From an uncultured Bacilli bacterium (GTDB taxonomy: Bacteria; Bacillota_I; Bacilli_A; RF39; UBA660): a stretch of DNA of 64,000 nucleotides. Shown piece by piece: positions 27,793 through 37,978 of the stretch. Position 1 is the stretch's first letter. The number at the start of each line of letters is the position of its first letter. The notes under the pieces were generated by a model. It was not told the origin of the DNA. It saw only the letters and a list, made by a program, of their open reading frames with translations, and made no database searches. Both the position numbers and the translations under genes were made by a program. The stretch covers positions 28,978-92,977 of the forward strand of contig CANQIL010000001.1 in the NCBI GenBank assembly GCA_947624045.1, in the 5' to 3' direction.

Positions 27793-28603
27793 AATTGTTG
27801 TGCACCTCTATTTGTGGATAAGGTATTTTGATGTTGGCTTCATCAAAAGCTATTTTTATCTCTCTTTTTAATTTACGTTCAATAGTGAATTGTTGCATTG
27901 ATTCAACTTCAACGGCTATTCTATATGTGACGCAGTTGTCGTTTAGGCCCTCTACTCCTAAGATTTGATAGTCGCCTTTAACTTCTTTGATAGTGCCAGA
28001 TAATTTTTTGAAGAGTTTGCTTAGGACTGCTTCAACATCTTTAGGGGAATGGTCGTAAGATACGCCGATGTCTACTACTGCGAGTGAGTTGTTCATACTG
28101 TAATTTATTATTTTGTCCATATTTCTATTAGAAACTATTTTGACGGCGCCTTTGAAGTTTTTGATTTTAGTGGTCTTTAGGCCGACGGATATGACTTCAC
28201 CCATAAAGCCATCTATTTCAATAGTGTCCCCTACTTCGTATTGGCCCTCGGTTATTATAAATATACCGGCGATTATATCTTTAGCTAAGTCTTGAAAGGC
28301 AAGTCCGATAATGGCTGTTCCAATACCTAGGCCGGCTAAGATAGATTTGACATTTACACCATATAAAGCTAGTATGGCTAGTAAGACAAAGATACTTATT
28401 AAATATTTGGAAATATTTAGAGTAATAATTTGAATGGTCTTAACTTTTTGGGACTGCTCTTTATTTAGGTGCTTTTTACGAAAGACGGTCGCTTTGTTGA
28501 CGAAGTGGCTTATTATTGTGTAGATTATGACGCCTATTAGTATGTAGACGAAAGCGATGATGATGTTTTTGATGTTTATATTTAAACCTAAAATGTTTAC
28601 CAT
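27779..28603 (-). CDS. small-conductance mechanosensitive channel (MscS family)
   Basis: Three N-terminal TM helices, then GLAFQDLAKDIIAGIFII.EGQYEVGD.I.I.G..G.V. Confidence 0.85.
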   Translation of the reverse strand: MVNILGLNINIKNIIIAFVYILIGVIIYTIISHFVNKATVFRKKHLNKEQSQKVKTIQIITLNISKYLISIFVLLAILALYGVNVKSILAGLGIGTAIIGLAFQDLAKDIIAGIFIITEGQYEVGDTIEIDGFMGEVISVGLKTTKIKNFKGAVKIVSNRNMDKIINYSMNNSLAVVDIGVSYDHSPKDVEAVLSKLFKKLSGTIKEVKGDYQILGVEGLNDNCVTYRIAVEVESMQQFTIERKLKREIKIAFDEANIKIPYPQIEVHNNYGKK

Positions 28604-28689
28604 AAATAGACTCCTACTTTTAATTCTTGTTTCATTTTTTTACTTTTTTTGTTTAGAATTTTTGGATTTTTAATTTTAGTTTTGTCTTT

Positions 28690-29598
28690 TTAATTTTTAG
28701 TTTCTAAAGACATTATTTCAAGTAAACGATTTAAATCATTGGTGTTGACAAAGCTTATTTCTATTTTTTTGTTTTTGATTTTTACTTTGGTGCCTAGCTT
28801 TTCACATAATTCTTCTTCTAGATATTTGTATTCATTAGTTGGAGTGTGTTTGGTGATTTGATGAGTTCTTACATATTTTTCTTTGGATGTTGTTAGTTCT
28901 TCAAGAGCGTGAACGCTTAGGCCCTCATCTATAACTTTGGTTGCTAGTTGTTTTTGTTGCTCAACATCATCAAGTTTACTAAGAACGCGGGCGTGGCCCA
29001 TAGAAATAAGTTTTTGACCAACTTGGTCTTGAATTTCTTTTGGTAAAGTTAGTATGCCTAACATATTGGTAATGTGACTACGACTTTTACCTAGTCTTTT
29101 AGATAGTTCTTCTTGGGTTAGAGCTAGGGTTTCTTGAAGTTTTTTGTAGGCATTTGCTTCTTCGATAGCGTTTAGGTTTTCTCTTTGAAGATTTTCAAGT
29201 AAGGCAATTTCCATCATTTCGGTATCATTAAAGTCGCGCACAATGGCAGGTATTTCTTCTAGGCCGGCTAAAAGAGAAGCTTTAACACGACGTTCACCGG
29301 CTATTATTTCATAACCTTTGATACTTTTTTTGATGATAATTGGTTGGAAAACACCGTGTTCTTTTATTGAGGTTGCTAGTTCTTCTAGGGCTTGTTGGTC
29401 GAAGACTTTACGTGGTTGATATGGGTTTGCGCGTAGGTCTTTTAGTTTTACTTTGATTATGCCCTCTTTGGGTGTTTCGTTAATTATCTTTTCTTCTACT
29501 CGACTGTAGTCTAAAATTTCATTGTTAAATAGTTCTTCTAGGCCACGACCTAGAGCTCTTCTTTTTGGAGCGGTAGCGTTATTGTTAGTTGTTTCCAT
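28690..29598 (-). CDS. parB: chromosome partitioning protein ParB/Spo0J
   Basis: RRALGRGLEELF and the arginine patch IIAGERR. ParB-type HTH region GKSRSHITNMLGILTLP...GHAR. Confidence 0.93.
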   Translation of the reverse strand: METTNNNATAPKRRALGRGLEELFNNEILDYSRVEEKIINETPKEGIIKVKLKDLRANPYQPRKVFDQQALEELATSIKEHGVFQPIIIKKSIKGYEIIAGERRVKASLLAGLEEIPAIVRDFNDTEMMEIALLENLQRENLNAIEEANAYKKLQETLALTQEELSKRLGKSRSHITNMLGILTLPKEIQDQVGQKLISMGHARVLSKLDDVEQQKQLATKVIDEGLSVHALEELTTSKEKYVRTHQITKHTPTNEYKYLEEELCEKLGTKVKIKNKKIEISFVNTNDLNRLLEIMSLETKN

Positions 29599-30373
29599 TA
29601 CGAGAAATCACTTCCTTTGCTAGATTAATGTAGGCTTCTGAGCCTCTACTTTTGGGGTCATAAGCAACAATTGGCTCGCCGTGTGAGGGAGCTTCGGTTA
29701 ATCTGACTAAGCGGGGAATTATGGTATTGTAAACTTTTTCTTTGAAAAATTTTCTTATGTCATCGACTACTTCAAAGCCTAAGTTTGTTCTAGAATCAAG
29801 CATTGTTAAAAGGACACCCTCGATGTCTAGGGTTGGGTTTAAGTTCTTTTGAGCAAGCATTATTGTTTTTAAAAGTTGAGTTATTCCCTCTAGTGCGAAG
29901 AATTCACATTGAACAGGTATGATGACGGAATTAGCGGCAGTTAAGGCATTGGTAGTAATGATACCTAGTGATGGTGGGCAGTCTATTATGATATAGTCAA
30001 AGCTATCTTTTATGTCTTGCATTCTTATTTTTAATTGCTCACCTTTGTTGAAGTTGTTTTCTTGATGACTTTTTTCGACTAATTCGATGTCTAAACCGGC
30101 TAAGTTAATGGTAGCAGGAAGAACGTATAAATTTTTGTATTTTGTTTTAATCATTGCTTCTGAAATGTTACACTCCCCTATTAAGACATCATATATGCTT
30201 CTTTCTATGTCGCCTTTATTTATACCTACTCCGGTAGTGGTATTGCCTTGGGGGTCTAAATCAATTAATAAAACTTTTTTACCTAGTACGGCTAAGGAAG
30301 CTGATAAATTGATGCTTGTTGTAGTTTTGCCTACTCCACCTTTTTGATTTACTAATGCTATTACTTTTCCCAT
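29585..30373 (-). CDS. parA: chromosome partitioning ATPase ParA/Soj
   Basis: Deviant Walker A NQKGGVGKTTT. Overlaps parB by 14 nt. Confidence 0.95.
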   Translation of the reverse strand: MGKVIALVNQKGGVGKTTTSINLSASLAVLGKKVLLIDLDPQGNTTTGVGINKGDIERSIYDVLIGECNISEAMIKTKYKNLYVLPATINLAGLDIELVEKSHQENNFNKGEQLKIRMQDIKDSFDYIIIDCPPSLGIITTNALTAANSVIIPVQCEFFALEGITQLLKTIMLAQKNLNPTLDIEGVLLTMLDSRTNLGFEVVDDIRKFFKEKVYNTIIPRLVRLTEAPSHGEPIVAYDPKSRGSEAYINLAKEVISRNGNN

Positions 30374-30521
30374 ATAATCACCTGTTTCCTATTGACTTAA
30401 TATATTGTATCAAAATTTGGAGCTTTTTGAAATGTTTTTGACAAAAAAAGTAGATTTTTTGGAGGAGAAACATTTTATATTAATATTAATGAGAAAAATT
30501 AATAAGAAAAGAATATTGTAA

Positions 30522-30548
30522 CTTGAAATCGCAAATTGCGATCTCAAG
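30522..30548. repeat. 27-bp inverted repeat (possible operator or RNA hairpin)
   Basis: CTTGAAATCGCAA-a-TTGCGATCTCAAG with one mismatch. Followed by a second inverted repeat CGTAACAAAA...TTTTGTTACG. Confidence 0.4.
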
Positions 30549-30724
30549 AAGAAAACTCGTAACAAAATATGGTGTTAAATAAAGTTTTTGTTACGTATTA
30601 TTATTTTAAGGGTGTTAGTTATGATTAATCTATTTTTGATTTAGATATTAGTTGCAGTTTTTGATTAGTTGATTATTTTTGGTATTTGTGGTAATATATA
30701 CTTCGTTTCTTAGGAGGGGTTTTA

Positions 30725-31807
30725 GTGTTTTTAAAAGAGATGAGAGAAAAAAAGGAAAAGAGCATTTTTCAATATAAAAGAAATAAATTTTTGAAAAATA
30801 TTTTTAATAATATTGGGGAAATTTATGAAGATGATAAGAATATTACTTGTGTTGTAAAACAGGAATTGTTGGAAAAGACTAAGAAAAGGGATTTTTATAA
30901 ACTTAATTTGTATGGTATTAGTGATATTTTCTATAAGGAAATGAATTATTTTAAATTAAATAAAAACGTTCATTATATTTTTGAGGGTATTGTTTTTGAT
31001 AAGCCATTGATGATTTATTCACATTACTGCGATATTACTTTTAAGAATTGTGTTTTTAATAATGCTAATATAAAGATATTTTATGCCGATAAAATTACTT
31101 TTAGTGATAATAAATATTATTGTGATGATAAGGTAGTGCAAGATACTTTTTTGAAAACGAATATGACGGAAGTTGATGAGTTACTTTTTATAAAGGAAAA
31201 ATTTGAAAATGGGACTTGTAGTGAGAAAAAGAGTAATGGAACTTGGGAAGATTTGTTAGTTTTAAAAATGAGCGATAGTGAAGATAGTTCTAAAATGTTA
31301 GAGAAAGGACATTCATTTGAAAAAGGGAAAGAGGAAAATAAGCATTTTGGAATTGATGTTAAGGCTAAGAAAATTATTATAAAAGATTCTTTGGTAAATA
31401 CTGGAGGTAATTGTGATGTTACGGTAAAAGCAAAGGAAGTTGATATTGATAATTCTACTATTGTAGGGGGCAATATTTTTATAAAGTCTGATTATGTTAA
31501 AAATGATAATAGTGTAATTGAGGCTTTAAAAATTGTGAATGTTACTAATGATGAAAAAAATTGTGATTTAGAGAGTGAAAATTCTAGAATAAATGGGCAT
31601 TTTGTTATTTTAAATGGGTTGGCAAGACAAAATAATGATAATAAAAATAGTGTTGAGAGTGCTAAAAAGTTAAGTAAAAAAAGAATGGAACTTATAGGAA
31701 TGCTTGCTAAGATTAGAGATATGTGTAATAAAGATGTTGAGGAAAGAGTGCTTGAATTTAGGACTCAAGAAGAAAAGAAAAATATAAAAATGTTATTAAA
31801 AAAATAA
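30725..31807 (+). CDS. hypothetical protein (no TM segment or signal seen)
   Basis: 360-aa ORF with GTG start preceded by AGGAGGGG. Inserted between parA and noc on the opposite strand. No motif recognised. Confidence 0.55.
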   Translation: MFLKEMREKKEKSIFQYKRNKFLKNIFNNIGEIYEDDKNITCVVKQELLEKTKKRDFYKLNLYGISDIFYKEMNYFKLNKNVHYIFEGIVFDKPLMIYSHYCDITFKNCVFNNANIKIFYADKITFSDNKYYCDDKVVQDTFLKTNMTEVDELLFIKEKFENGTCSEKKSNGTWEDLLVLKMSDSEDSSKMLEKGHSFEKGKEENKHFGIDVKAKKIIIKDSLVNTGGNCDVTVKAKEVDIDNSTIVGGNIFIKSDYVKNDNSVIEALKIVNVTNDEKNCDLESENSRINGHFVILNGLARQNNDNKNSVESAKKLSKKRMELIGMLAKIRDMCNKDVEERVLEFRTQEEKKNIKMLLKK

Positions 31808-31819
31808 AGAACAAATAGG

Positions 31820-33205
31820 TTATTCGCCTGCTTGTTCTTTTTCTTCGCTTTCTGCTTGTGGTAATTGGTCTTTTTCAATTTTTATTATCATTTGATAAGA
31901 TTTATCAAAGTGCATTTCGTCGTAAGAAGCTTTGATACTGTGGTCGTTTAGGTCTTTGATTAAATCTTTTAATTTGGTTGTTGCTTGTTCTAGGGTGTAG
32001 GTTGTACTTTGCATATCATCAGTTACACTTTTTACAGATGTAAGTTGAGAGTTTTGAGAATTTATAGTTGGTATCATTGTTGGAATGTTTATGGCAGAAA
32101 GGTCTGGTGTTTTGAAGTAGTCTTCGGTTGATTCCATTTCTGTTGAATCGGTTTTTACTATTTTTTCGGCAGGTGTTATAAAATTAGTGTCAGTATCGCC
32201 TGTTGGTACTTTAGCATTGTTTAAGTTTAACATATTGTCTAAGTCGGCGGCATTTTCTGAGGTGTTATTTATATCCATAGAATTTTCTTTTACATTGTCA
32301 ATATCAACAGGGATAATTGATGAATCTAAGCCACCGGGTTGTTCAGTTTCATCGTCGTCATCGTCATCTTCAATTTCGCCATAATTGATAAATTTAGGAA
32401 TACCGGCAGGCATTTCTTCGCCGTCTGGTGGCGCAATTGTAACTTTGCCATAATTTGATGTGTCTTCTGGTAGGTCGGCAGTTGGCATTAATGGAGATGT
32501 ATTAACAAAGTTGTTAATTGAAGGTGTCTGCTCTGGTGCTTGGTCGGTTGGTGTTGAAATTTCAGACTCTGATGTTGACTCGTCTTGTTCTTTTGGATAT
32601 TCCTTTTTAATTTCTTCTTCTAATTGGCGAACACTCATTTTGGTATCAATAATTTGTTTTAACATATCCTTTTGTTTTTTGGCATCAGGTATGTTTAGTA
32701 AAGACCTAGCGTGGCGCTCAGATATTTGCTCTTTTAAAAGGGCTTCTTGAATTTCTTCTGGTAAAGATAGTAATCTTATTTTATTCGCAACGGCAGATTG
32801 ACTTTTGCCCATTGTTTTAGCTAGTTCTTCTTGGGTCATTTCATCTATTTCTAGTATCTTTTGGTAAGTTCTAGCTTCTTCGATAGCATTAAGATTTTTT
32901 CTTTGTAAATTTTCAAGAAGTGCTACTTTGGAGCTTTCTTTATCATCTAAATCTCTTATGATAGCAGGTATTTTAGTAAGGCCTGCTAAGGCAGAGGCTT
33001 TGTATCGTCTTTCACCGGCTATTATTTCATATTTGCCATTGACACTTCTTACTATTATAGGTTGAATTACACCGTGTTCTTTTATAGATACAGCTAGTTC
33101 TTTCAATGCTTTTTCATCAAAGACTTCTCGTGGTTGAAATCTATTTGGAATTATATCGTCTAAATGTAATAATACAACTTCATCTTTTTCTTTATCTTGA
33201 TTCAT
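31820..33205 (-). CDS. noc: Noc-like ParB-family nucleoid occlusion protein with a long low-complexity insertion
   Basis: NRFQPR and IIAGERR. Noc-type HTH signature GKSQSAVANKIRLL...SERHAR (compare parB SRSHITNMLGIL...GHAR). Sits next to rsmG as Bacillus noc does. 461 aa against about 280 expected. Confidence 0.8.
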   Translation of the reverse strand: MNQDKEKDEVVLLHLDDIIPNRFQPREVFDEKALKELAVSIKEHGVIQPIIVRSVNGKYEIIAGERRYKASALAGLTKIPAIIRDLDDKESSKVALLENLQRKNLNAIEEARTYQKILEIDEMTQEELAKTMGKSQSAVANKIRLLSLPEEIQEALLKEQISERHARSLLNIPDAKKQKDMLKQIIDTKMSVRQLEEEIKKEYPKEQDESTSESEISTPTDQAPEQTPSINNFVNTSPLMPTADLPEDTSNYGKVTIAPPDGEEMPAGIPKFINYGEIEDDDDDDETEQPGGLDSSIIPVDIDNVKENSMDINNTSENAADLDNMLNLNNAKVPTGDTDTNFITPAEKIVKTDSTEMESTEDYFKTPDLSAINIPTMIPTINSQNSQLTSVKSVTDDMQSTTYTLEQATTKLKDLIKDLNDHSIKASYDEMHFDKSYQMIIKIEKDQLPQAESEEKEQAGE

Positions 33206-33364
33206 TTACTTCCCCTCGCTATTCTTTTTTCCCTATGTTAACATTATATACCAAAAAAGCTTATCTTTCAATAGGCTTTTTTTTTCGATTTATGACATTT
33301 GACTTGGGAATTTTTCCGGTTGACATATCTTTCTTATATTAGAGGAAACTTTATTTAAAAACCT

Positions 33365-34000
33365 TTATTTATTTTTCATAACGACTAAGCTTCTAGTACT
33401 ATTTTCGATAGGTAAAGTAAAAGTTTCTATGCTTACAATTTTATATTTTGAAGATAATTTGTTTTGGACTTCCTCATTTAATTCTTCTGAGATGTTGCCT
33501 TTCATTGCGATAAAGATGCCCTCTTTTTTTACTAAAGGCATTGTGTAAGTTACAAGCTTTTCTATGTTCGCAACGGCTCTAGCGGTAACTATGTCGTATT
33601 TTTCTTTGTGAAACTCCCCTCTTTCGTGGATAGCTCTTATGTCTGTAAGGGAAAGTTTGGTGATAATGTCATTTAGATAAGTTACTCTTTTTTGAAGAGC
33701 ATCTAGTAAAGTTATGTTTAAATTAGGAAAAACTATTTTTAATACTATACCGGGGAATCCGGCTCCACTGCCTACATCACATAAGGTGAGATTTTTAGTT
33801 AAATCAACTACTTTAATGAGGGTAAGACTATCGTAGAAGTGTTTCAAATAAACTTCGTTTTTCGTTGTGATTGTGGTTAAGTTAATCTTGTCATTCCACT
33901 CAATTAATAGCGTATAAAATGTTTCTAGTTGAGCTAGTTGCTTGTCCGTTAAAGAGATATTTAGTTTGGCTAGTTCGGTAATAAATTCTTCTTTAGTCAT
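33365..34000 (-). CDS. rsmG: 16S rRNA (guanine527-N7)-methyltransferase
   Basis: SAM motif DVGSGAGFPG. Overlaps the mnmG stop. Confidence 0.93.
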   Translation of the reverse strand: MTKEEFITELAKLNISLTDKQLAQLETFYTLLIEWNDKINLTTITTKNEVYLKHFYDSLTLIKVVDLTKNLTLCDVGSGAGFPGIVLKIVFPNLNITLLDALQKRVTYLNDIITKLSLTDIRAIHERGEFHKEKYDIVTARAVANIEKLVTYTMPLVKKEGIFIAMKGNISEELNEEVQNKLSSKYKIVSIETFTLPIENSTRSLVVMKNK

Positions 34001-35852
34001 TTTTGTACCTCCTTAAATAGACCATTAATATAGAAATGTCGGCAGGATTTACGCCACTTATTCTGGTTGCTTGCCCTATCGTCGTGGGATTTATTTCGAC
34101 TAATTTTTGACGAGCTTCACTAGCTAAGTTAGGTATTTTAGTGTAGTCTATATCTTTTGGAATTAGTTTTTCTTCCAGGGCTAGCATTTTTTGAGCTTCT
34201 TTTTCGGCTTTTTTGATGTAACCCTCGTATTTTGTATTGATTTCAACTTGCTCTTTTATATCATCGGCATAAGGAATATTTACGAATTTTTCTAAGTGGT
34301 CTATTTTAACCTCAGGACGTTTTAGTAAGTCATAAAGAGATAGGCCGTCTTTTAGAGGATTGGTATGAATTTCTTCTAAGTAGTCATTAACTTCTTTTTT
34401 AGGAGTTATTCTAGTTGTTTTTAATAAGTCAAAAAGGTCTTTAATATCTTGCTTTTTTTGTTCGAAACGGGCATATTTTTCAGAAGAGATTAGCCCTACT
34501 TGATAGGCATAGTCAGTTAAACGGAAGTTAGCGTTATCGTGACGTAAAAGTAAGCGGTACTCGGCCCGCGAAGTTAATAAGCGATAAGGGTCTTTGATAC
34601 CTTTGGTTACTAAGTCATCTATTAAAACTCCAATGTAGGCTTCGTTTCTTTTTAAAATTAAGGGGTCTTTTTTTTCTAGTTTTAAAGCGGCATTTATTCC
34701 GGCAATTAGGCCTTGACCGGCAGCTTCTTCGTAGCCACTTGTGCCATTTATTTGACCGGCCGTATAGAGATTTTCTATTAATTTTGTTTCAAGTGTTCTT
34801 TTCAATTGAGTAGAATCAATGGCGTCATACTCTATGGCATAAGCATATTTTAAGATTTGGGCGTGTTCTAGACCGGAAAGACTATGGACCATTTGCTCTT
34901 GAATGTTATGAGGCATACTGGTAGAAAAGCCTTGAAGATAAATATCATCGTAATAAAGGCTTTCGGGCTCTAAAAATAGTTGATGACGTTCTTTATCGGA
35001 AAAACGAACAACTTTATCTTCGATAGATGGACAATAGCGGGGTCCTACTCCCTCTACATAGCCACCATACATACTAGATTCTTTTAAATGCTCTTTGATT
35101 ATTTCGTGTGTTTTTTTAGTTGTATATATTAAATGACAAGGTATTTGCTTATCTACATCGTAGTAAGGCTTGTTGTCAAAAGAAAAGGTACGAACAATTT
35201 TATCACCTGGCTCTTCACTAGTAACGGAAAAGTCAATGGAATTTTTGGCAATTCTTGGAGGGGTTCCTGTTTTTAAACGAAGAATTTTAAAGCCTAGTTC
35301 TTTTAGGTGGTTGCTTAAAAATTTACTGTCTTGTTCACCGTGAGGGCCACCAGGTGTTTTGTTTGCGCCGGTTAAAATCATAGCGCGTAGATAAGTGCCG
35401 GTTGTTAGAATAACGGCTTTAGAAATAATCTTGGTAGAGTCAGATAAAATTACTCCCCCTACTCTGTTGTTTTCAACGATAAGATTTTCTACCATAGCTT
35501 CTTTTATTTCTAGGAATGGCTCATTTTGGAGAGTTTTGAGCATTTCTTTTGGATAAGTTATTTTATCGGCTTGGATTCGTAAGGCTTGAACTGCTGGTCC
35601 CTTTTTTGTATTTAACATTTTTACTTGAAGAGCGCTTTTGTCGGCATTTTTACCCATTTCACCACCAAGAGCGTCAATTTCTCTTACGACGATGCCTTTA
35701 GCGGGACCCCCTATAGAGGGGTTACAAGGCATATCCGCAATATTTTTTATGTTTCCGGTAATTAGTAAAGTATGATGTTTTTTACGAGCACAAGCTAAGG
35801 CGGCTTCACATCCGGCGTGGCCTCCACCTACTACAATTATTTCATAATTCAT
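33993..35852 (-). CDS. mnmG: tRNA uridine 5-carboxymethylaminomethyl modification enzyme MnmG
   Basis: FAD motif VVGGGHAGCEAA. 619 aa. Confidence 0.97.
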   Translation of the reverse strand: MNYEIIVVGGGHAGCEAALACARKKHHTLLITGNIKNIADMPCNPSIGGPAKGIVVREIDALGGEMGKNADKSALQVKMLNTKKGPAVQALRIQADKITYPKEMLKTLQNEPFLEIKEAMVENLIVENNRVGGVILSDSTKIISKAVILTTGTYLRAMILTGANKTPGGPHGEQDSKFLSNHLKELGFKILRLKTGTPPRIAKNSIDFSVTSEEPGDKIVRTFSFDNKPYYDVDKQIPCHLIYTTKKTHEIIKEHLKESSMYGGYVEGVGPRYCPSIEDKVVRFSDKERHQLFLEPESLYYDDIYLQGFSTSMPHNIQEQMVHSLSGLEHAQILKYAYAIEYDAIDSTQLKRTLETKLIENLYTAGQINGTSGYEEAAGQGLIAGINAALKLEKKDPLILKRNEAYIGVLIDDLVTKGIKDPYRLLTSRAEYRLLLRHDNANFRLTDYAYQVGLISSEKYARFEQKKQDIKDLFDLLKTTRITPKKEVNDYLEEIHTNPLKDGLSLYDLLKRPEVKIDHLEKFVNIPYADDIKEQVEINTKYEGYIKKAEKEAQKMLALEEKLIPKDIDYTKIPNLASEARQKLVEINPTTIGQATRISGVNPADISILMVYLRRYKND

Positions 35853-35902
35853 TTTTGTATCATTCCTCTCACGATAAAATCACGTTTTTATACGTAAAAT
35901 TT

Positions 35903-37252
35903 TTATTTGCCTACACAAAAATTAGCAAATAAGTTATCAATTATTTCATCACTATACGTTATGCCTATTATTTCTCCTAGGGTGTCAAAGCAAGCTTTCA
36001 AGTCAATTTCTATCATATCGATAGGATTATTATTTTGAAGTGAAAGTTCGGCATCTTCTAAATTTTGGTAAGCTTTTTTAGCTAGGGATATTTGTCTTGT
36101 ATTAGCAAGGTAGGCAGAATCACTAACTTTGAGCTTTTCTAAATTAAAGAGTTCTTTTATCTTATCTTTTAAAGGTTTTAGGCCGTCGGCATTTAAGGCT
36201 GTTGTACTTATGATGTTTTCTAAGTTGTCAATTTCTAAGTGGCGGGGTAAATCGGTTTTATTAAGAACTATTATACGTAGTTTGTCTTTGGTTTTGTTTA
36301 GTATTTCTTCATCTTCGGAAGATAGTTCCTCGTTACTATTTAGAACGGTTATTACTAAGTCGGCTTCATCAATTAAAGAAAGGGATTTGTTGACACCTAT
36401 TTTTTCAACAAGGTCATTTGTTTGTCGTATGCCGGCAGTATCAATGATATTTAGTAAGATACCGTCAAGATAGATTTCACCCTCTACAGTATCGCGGGTG
36501 GTACCAGCTATGTTAGTAACAATGGCTTTTTCTTCTTGTAAGAGATTATTTAAAATACTACTTTTACCAACATTGGGCTTACCTACTATGACCGTTTTTA
36601 TACCATTTTTTAAATAGTTGGTGTTTTCTGAAAGGTCTATTAAATTTTGGAGGTCGCATTTTAGTTTTTTTATTTCTGTGTTAAGTTTTTCTAAGGTTAC
36701 GACTTCAATATCATAATACTCGGGATAGTCAATATTTACTTCAATTGAAGAAAGCAAATTTTTTAAATTAGTACGATAGTTTTGAATTAAATTGGAAATA
36801 TTGCCTTTTAGGTTGGATACGGCTAGTTTGCGGGCTTCATCACTTTTACTTTCAATTATGTCCATTACGGCTTCACTTTCGGCTAGGTCAATGCGACCAT
36901 TTAGAAAGGCACGTTTGGTGAACTCTCCCCTATCTGCTAAGCGTGCTCCTTTTGTTAGGCATAGTTGTAGTACTTTGTTGGTAGCAATAATTCCGCCGTG
37001 ACAGTTTATTTCGACTATATCTTCAGTTGTGTAGGTTTTGGGTGCTTTCATTACTGATACTAAGACTTCATCGATTAATTCATCATTATCGTATATGTGG
37101 CCGTAAGAAATGGTATGGCTTTTTACTTTAGTTAGGTCTTTTTCTTTAAATAATTGGCTTGCTATGGAAAGAGCGTCGGGTCCACTTAGTCTAACAATTG
37201 CTATGGCCCCTACTCCTAAGGCTGTTGAAATCGCAACTATAGTGTCATTCAT
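35903..37252 (-). CDS. mnmE: tRNA modification GTPase MnmE
   Basis: G1 motif GKPNVGKSS and G3 motif DTAG. C-terminal CVGK. Confidence 0.96.
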   Translation of the reverse strand: MNDTIVAISTALGVGAIAIVRLSGPDALSIASQLFKEKDLTKVKSHTISYGHIYDNDELIDEVLVSVMKAPKTYTTEDIVEINCHGGIIATNKVLQLCLTKGARLADRGEFTKRAFLNGRIDLAESEAVMDIIESKSDEARKLAVSNLKGNISNLIQNYRTNLKNLLSSIEVNIDYPEYYDIEVVTLEKLNTEIKKLKCDLQNLIDLSENTNYLKNGIKTVIVGKPNVGKSSILNNLLQEEKAIVTNIAGTTRDTVEGEIYLDGILLNIIDTAGIRQTNDLVEKIGVNKSLSLIDEADLVITVLNSNEELSSEDEEILNKTKDKLRIIVLNKTDLPRHLEIDNLENIISTTALNADGLKPLKDKIKELFNLEKLKVSDSAYLANTRQISLAKKAYQNLEDAELSLQNNNPIDMIEIDLKACFDTLGEIIGITYSDEIIDNLFANFCVGK

Positions 37253-37360
37253 AGTAACTATCCCTCCTTTTTTCTTTTTGTATTATAGCATAGTTGGACT
37301 TTTTTGGAAACATTTAATTGCAATGAAAAAGCAAACTTTTAAAGCTTACTTTTTGGGTAT

Positions 37361-37978
37361 TTATTCAGTTTCTTTGGGTTTTATTACAACGTATCTATTT
37401 GGCTCTTCGCCCTCACTTTCAGTATAGACTCTTTTGTGATTTGTTAGAGCATTGTGAATTATTCTTCTTTCATAAGAATTCATCGGGTCAAGTTTAGCTT
37501 CTATTTTGGTTGTTGCGACTTCTCTGGCGATGTTTTTGGCTAAACGTTCAAGTGTTTTGTCGTGTTTTTCTTTGTAGTCATTGATGTCTAAAATGAATTT
37601 GAAAGATTGACCTAATTCTTTATTGATATGTTGATTAATAACTAATTGTAAGGCTTTTAAGTTTTTACCATTGCGACCTATCAATATAGAATTGTTATCA
37701 GAAAAGATAGTGTAAGTAGGTACTTCGTCTTTGTTTTTTACTTCAACATTGGCTGTTACACCGATATTTTTTAACAACTTTATGGTGTAGTCTTTGATGT
37801 ATTTTACTACTTCACGTCTTTCGATAACTTCGATTTCAACTTTTTTACTTTTGAAAAGGCCGCCTTTTATTTCGCTTAGTTCTTTTATTATTAAGTTATT
37901 TTCTGTTTCTTGCAATGACACTTCGGCCGTTTTAATGGCTTCTTCTTTGGTCTTGCCACTATAATTATGCTTTTCCAT
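37361..37978 (-). CDS. jag: Jag/KhpB RNA-binding protein (KH and R3H domains)
   Basis: R3H motif SYERRIIHNAL. Overlaps yidC as in Bacilli. Confidence 0.85.
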   Translation of the reverse strand: MEKHNYSGKTKEEAIKTAEVSLQETENNLIIKELSEIKGGLFKSKKVEIEVIERREVVKYIKDYTIKLLKNIGVTANVEVKNKDEVPTYTIFSDNNSILIGRNGKNLKALQLVINQHINKELGQSFKFILDINDYKEKHDKTLERLAKNIAREVATTKIEAKLDPMNSYERRIIHNALTNHKRVYTESEGEEPNRYVVIKPKETE

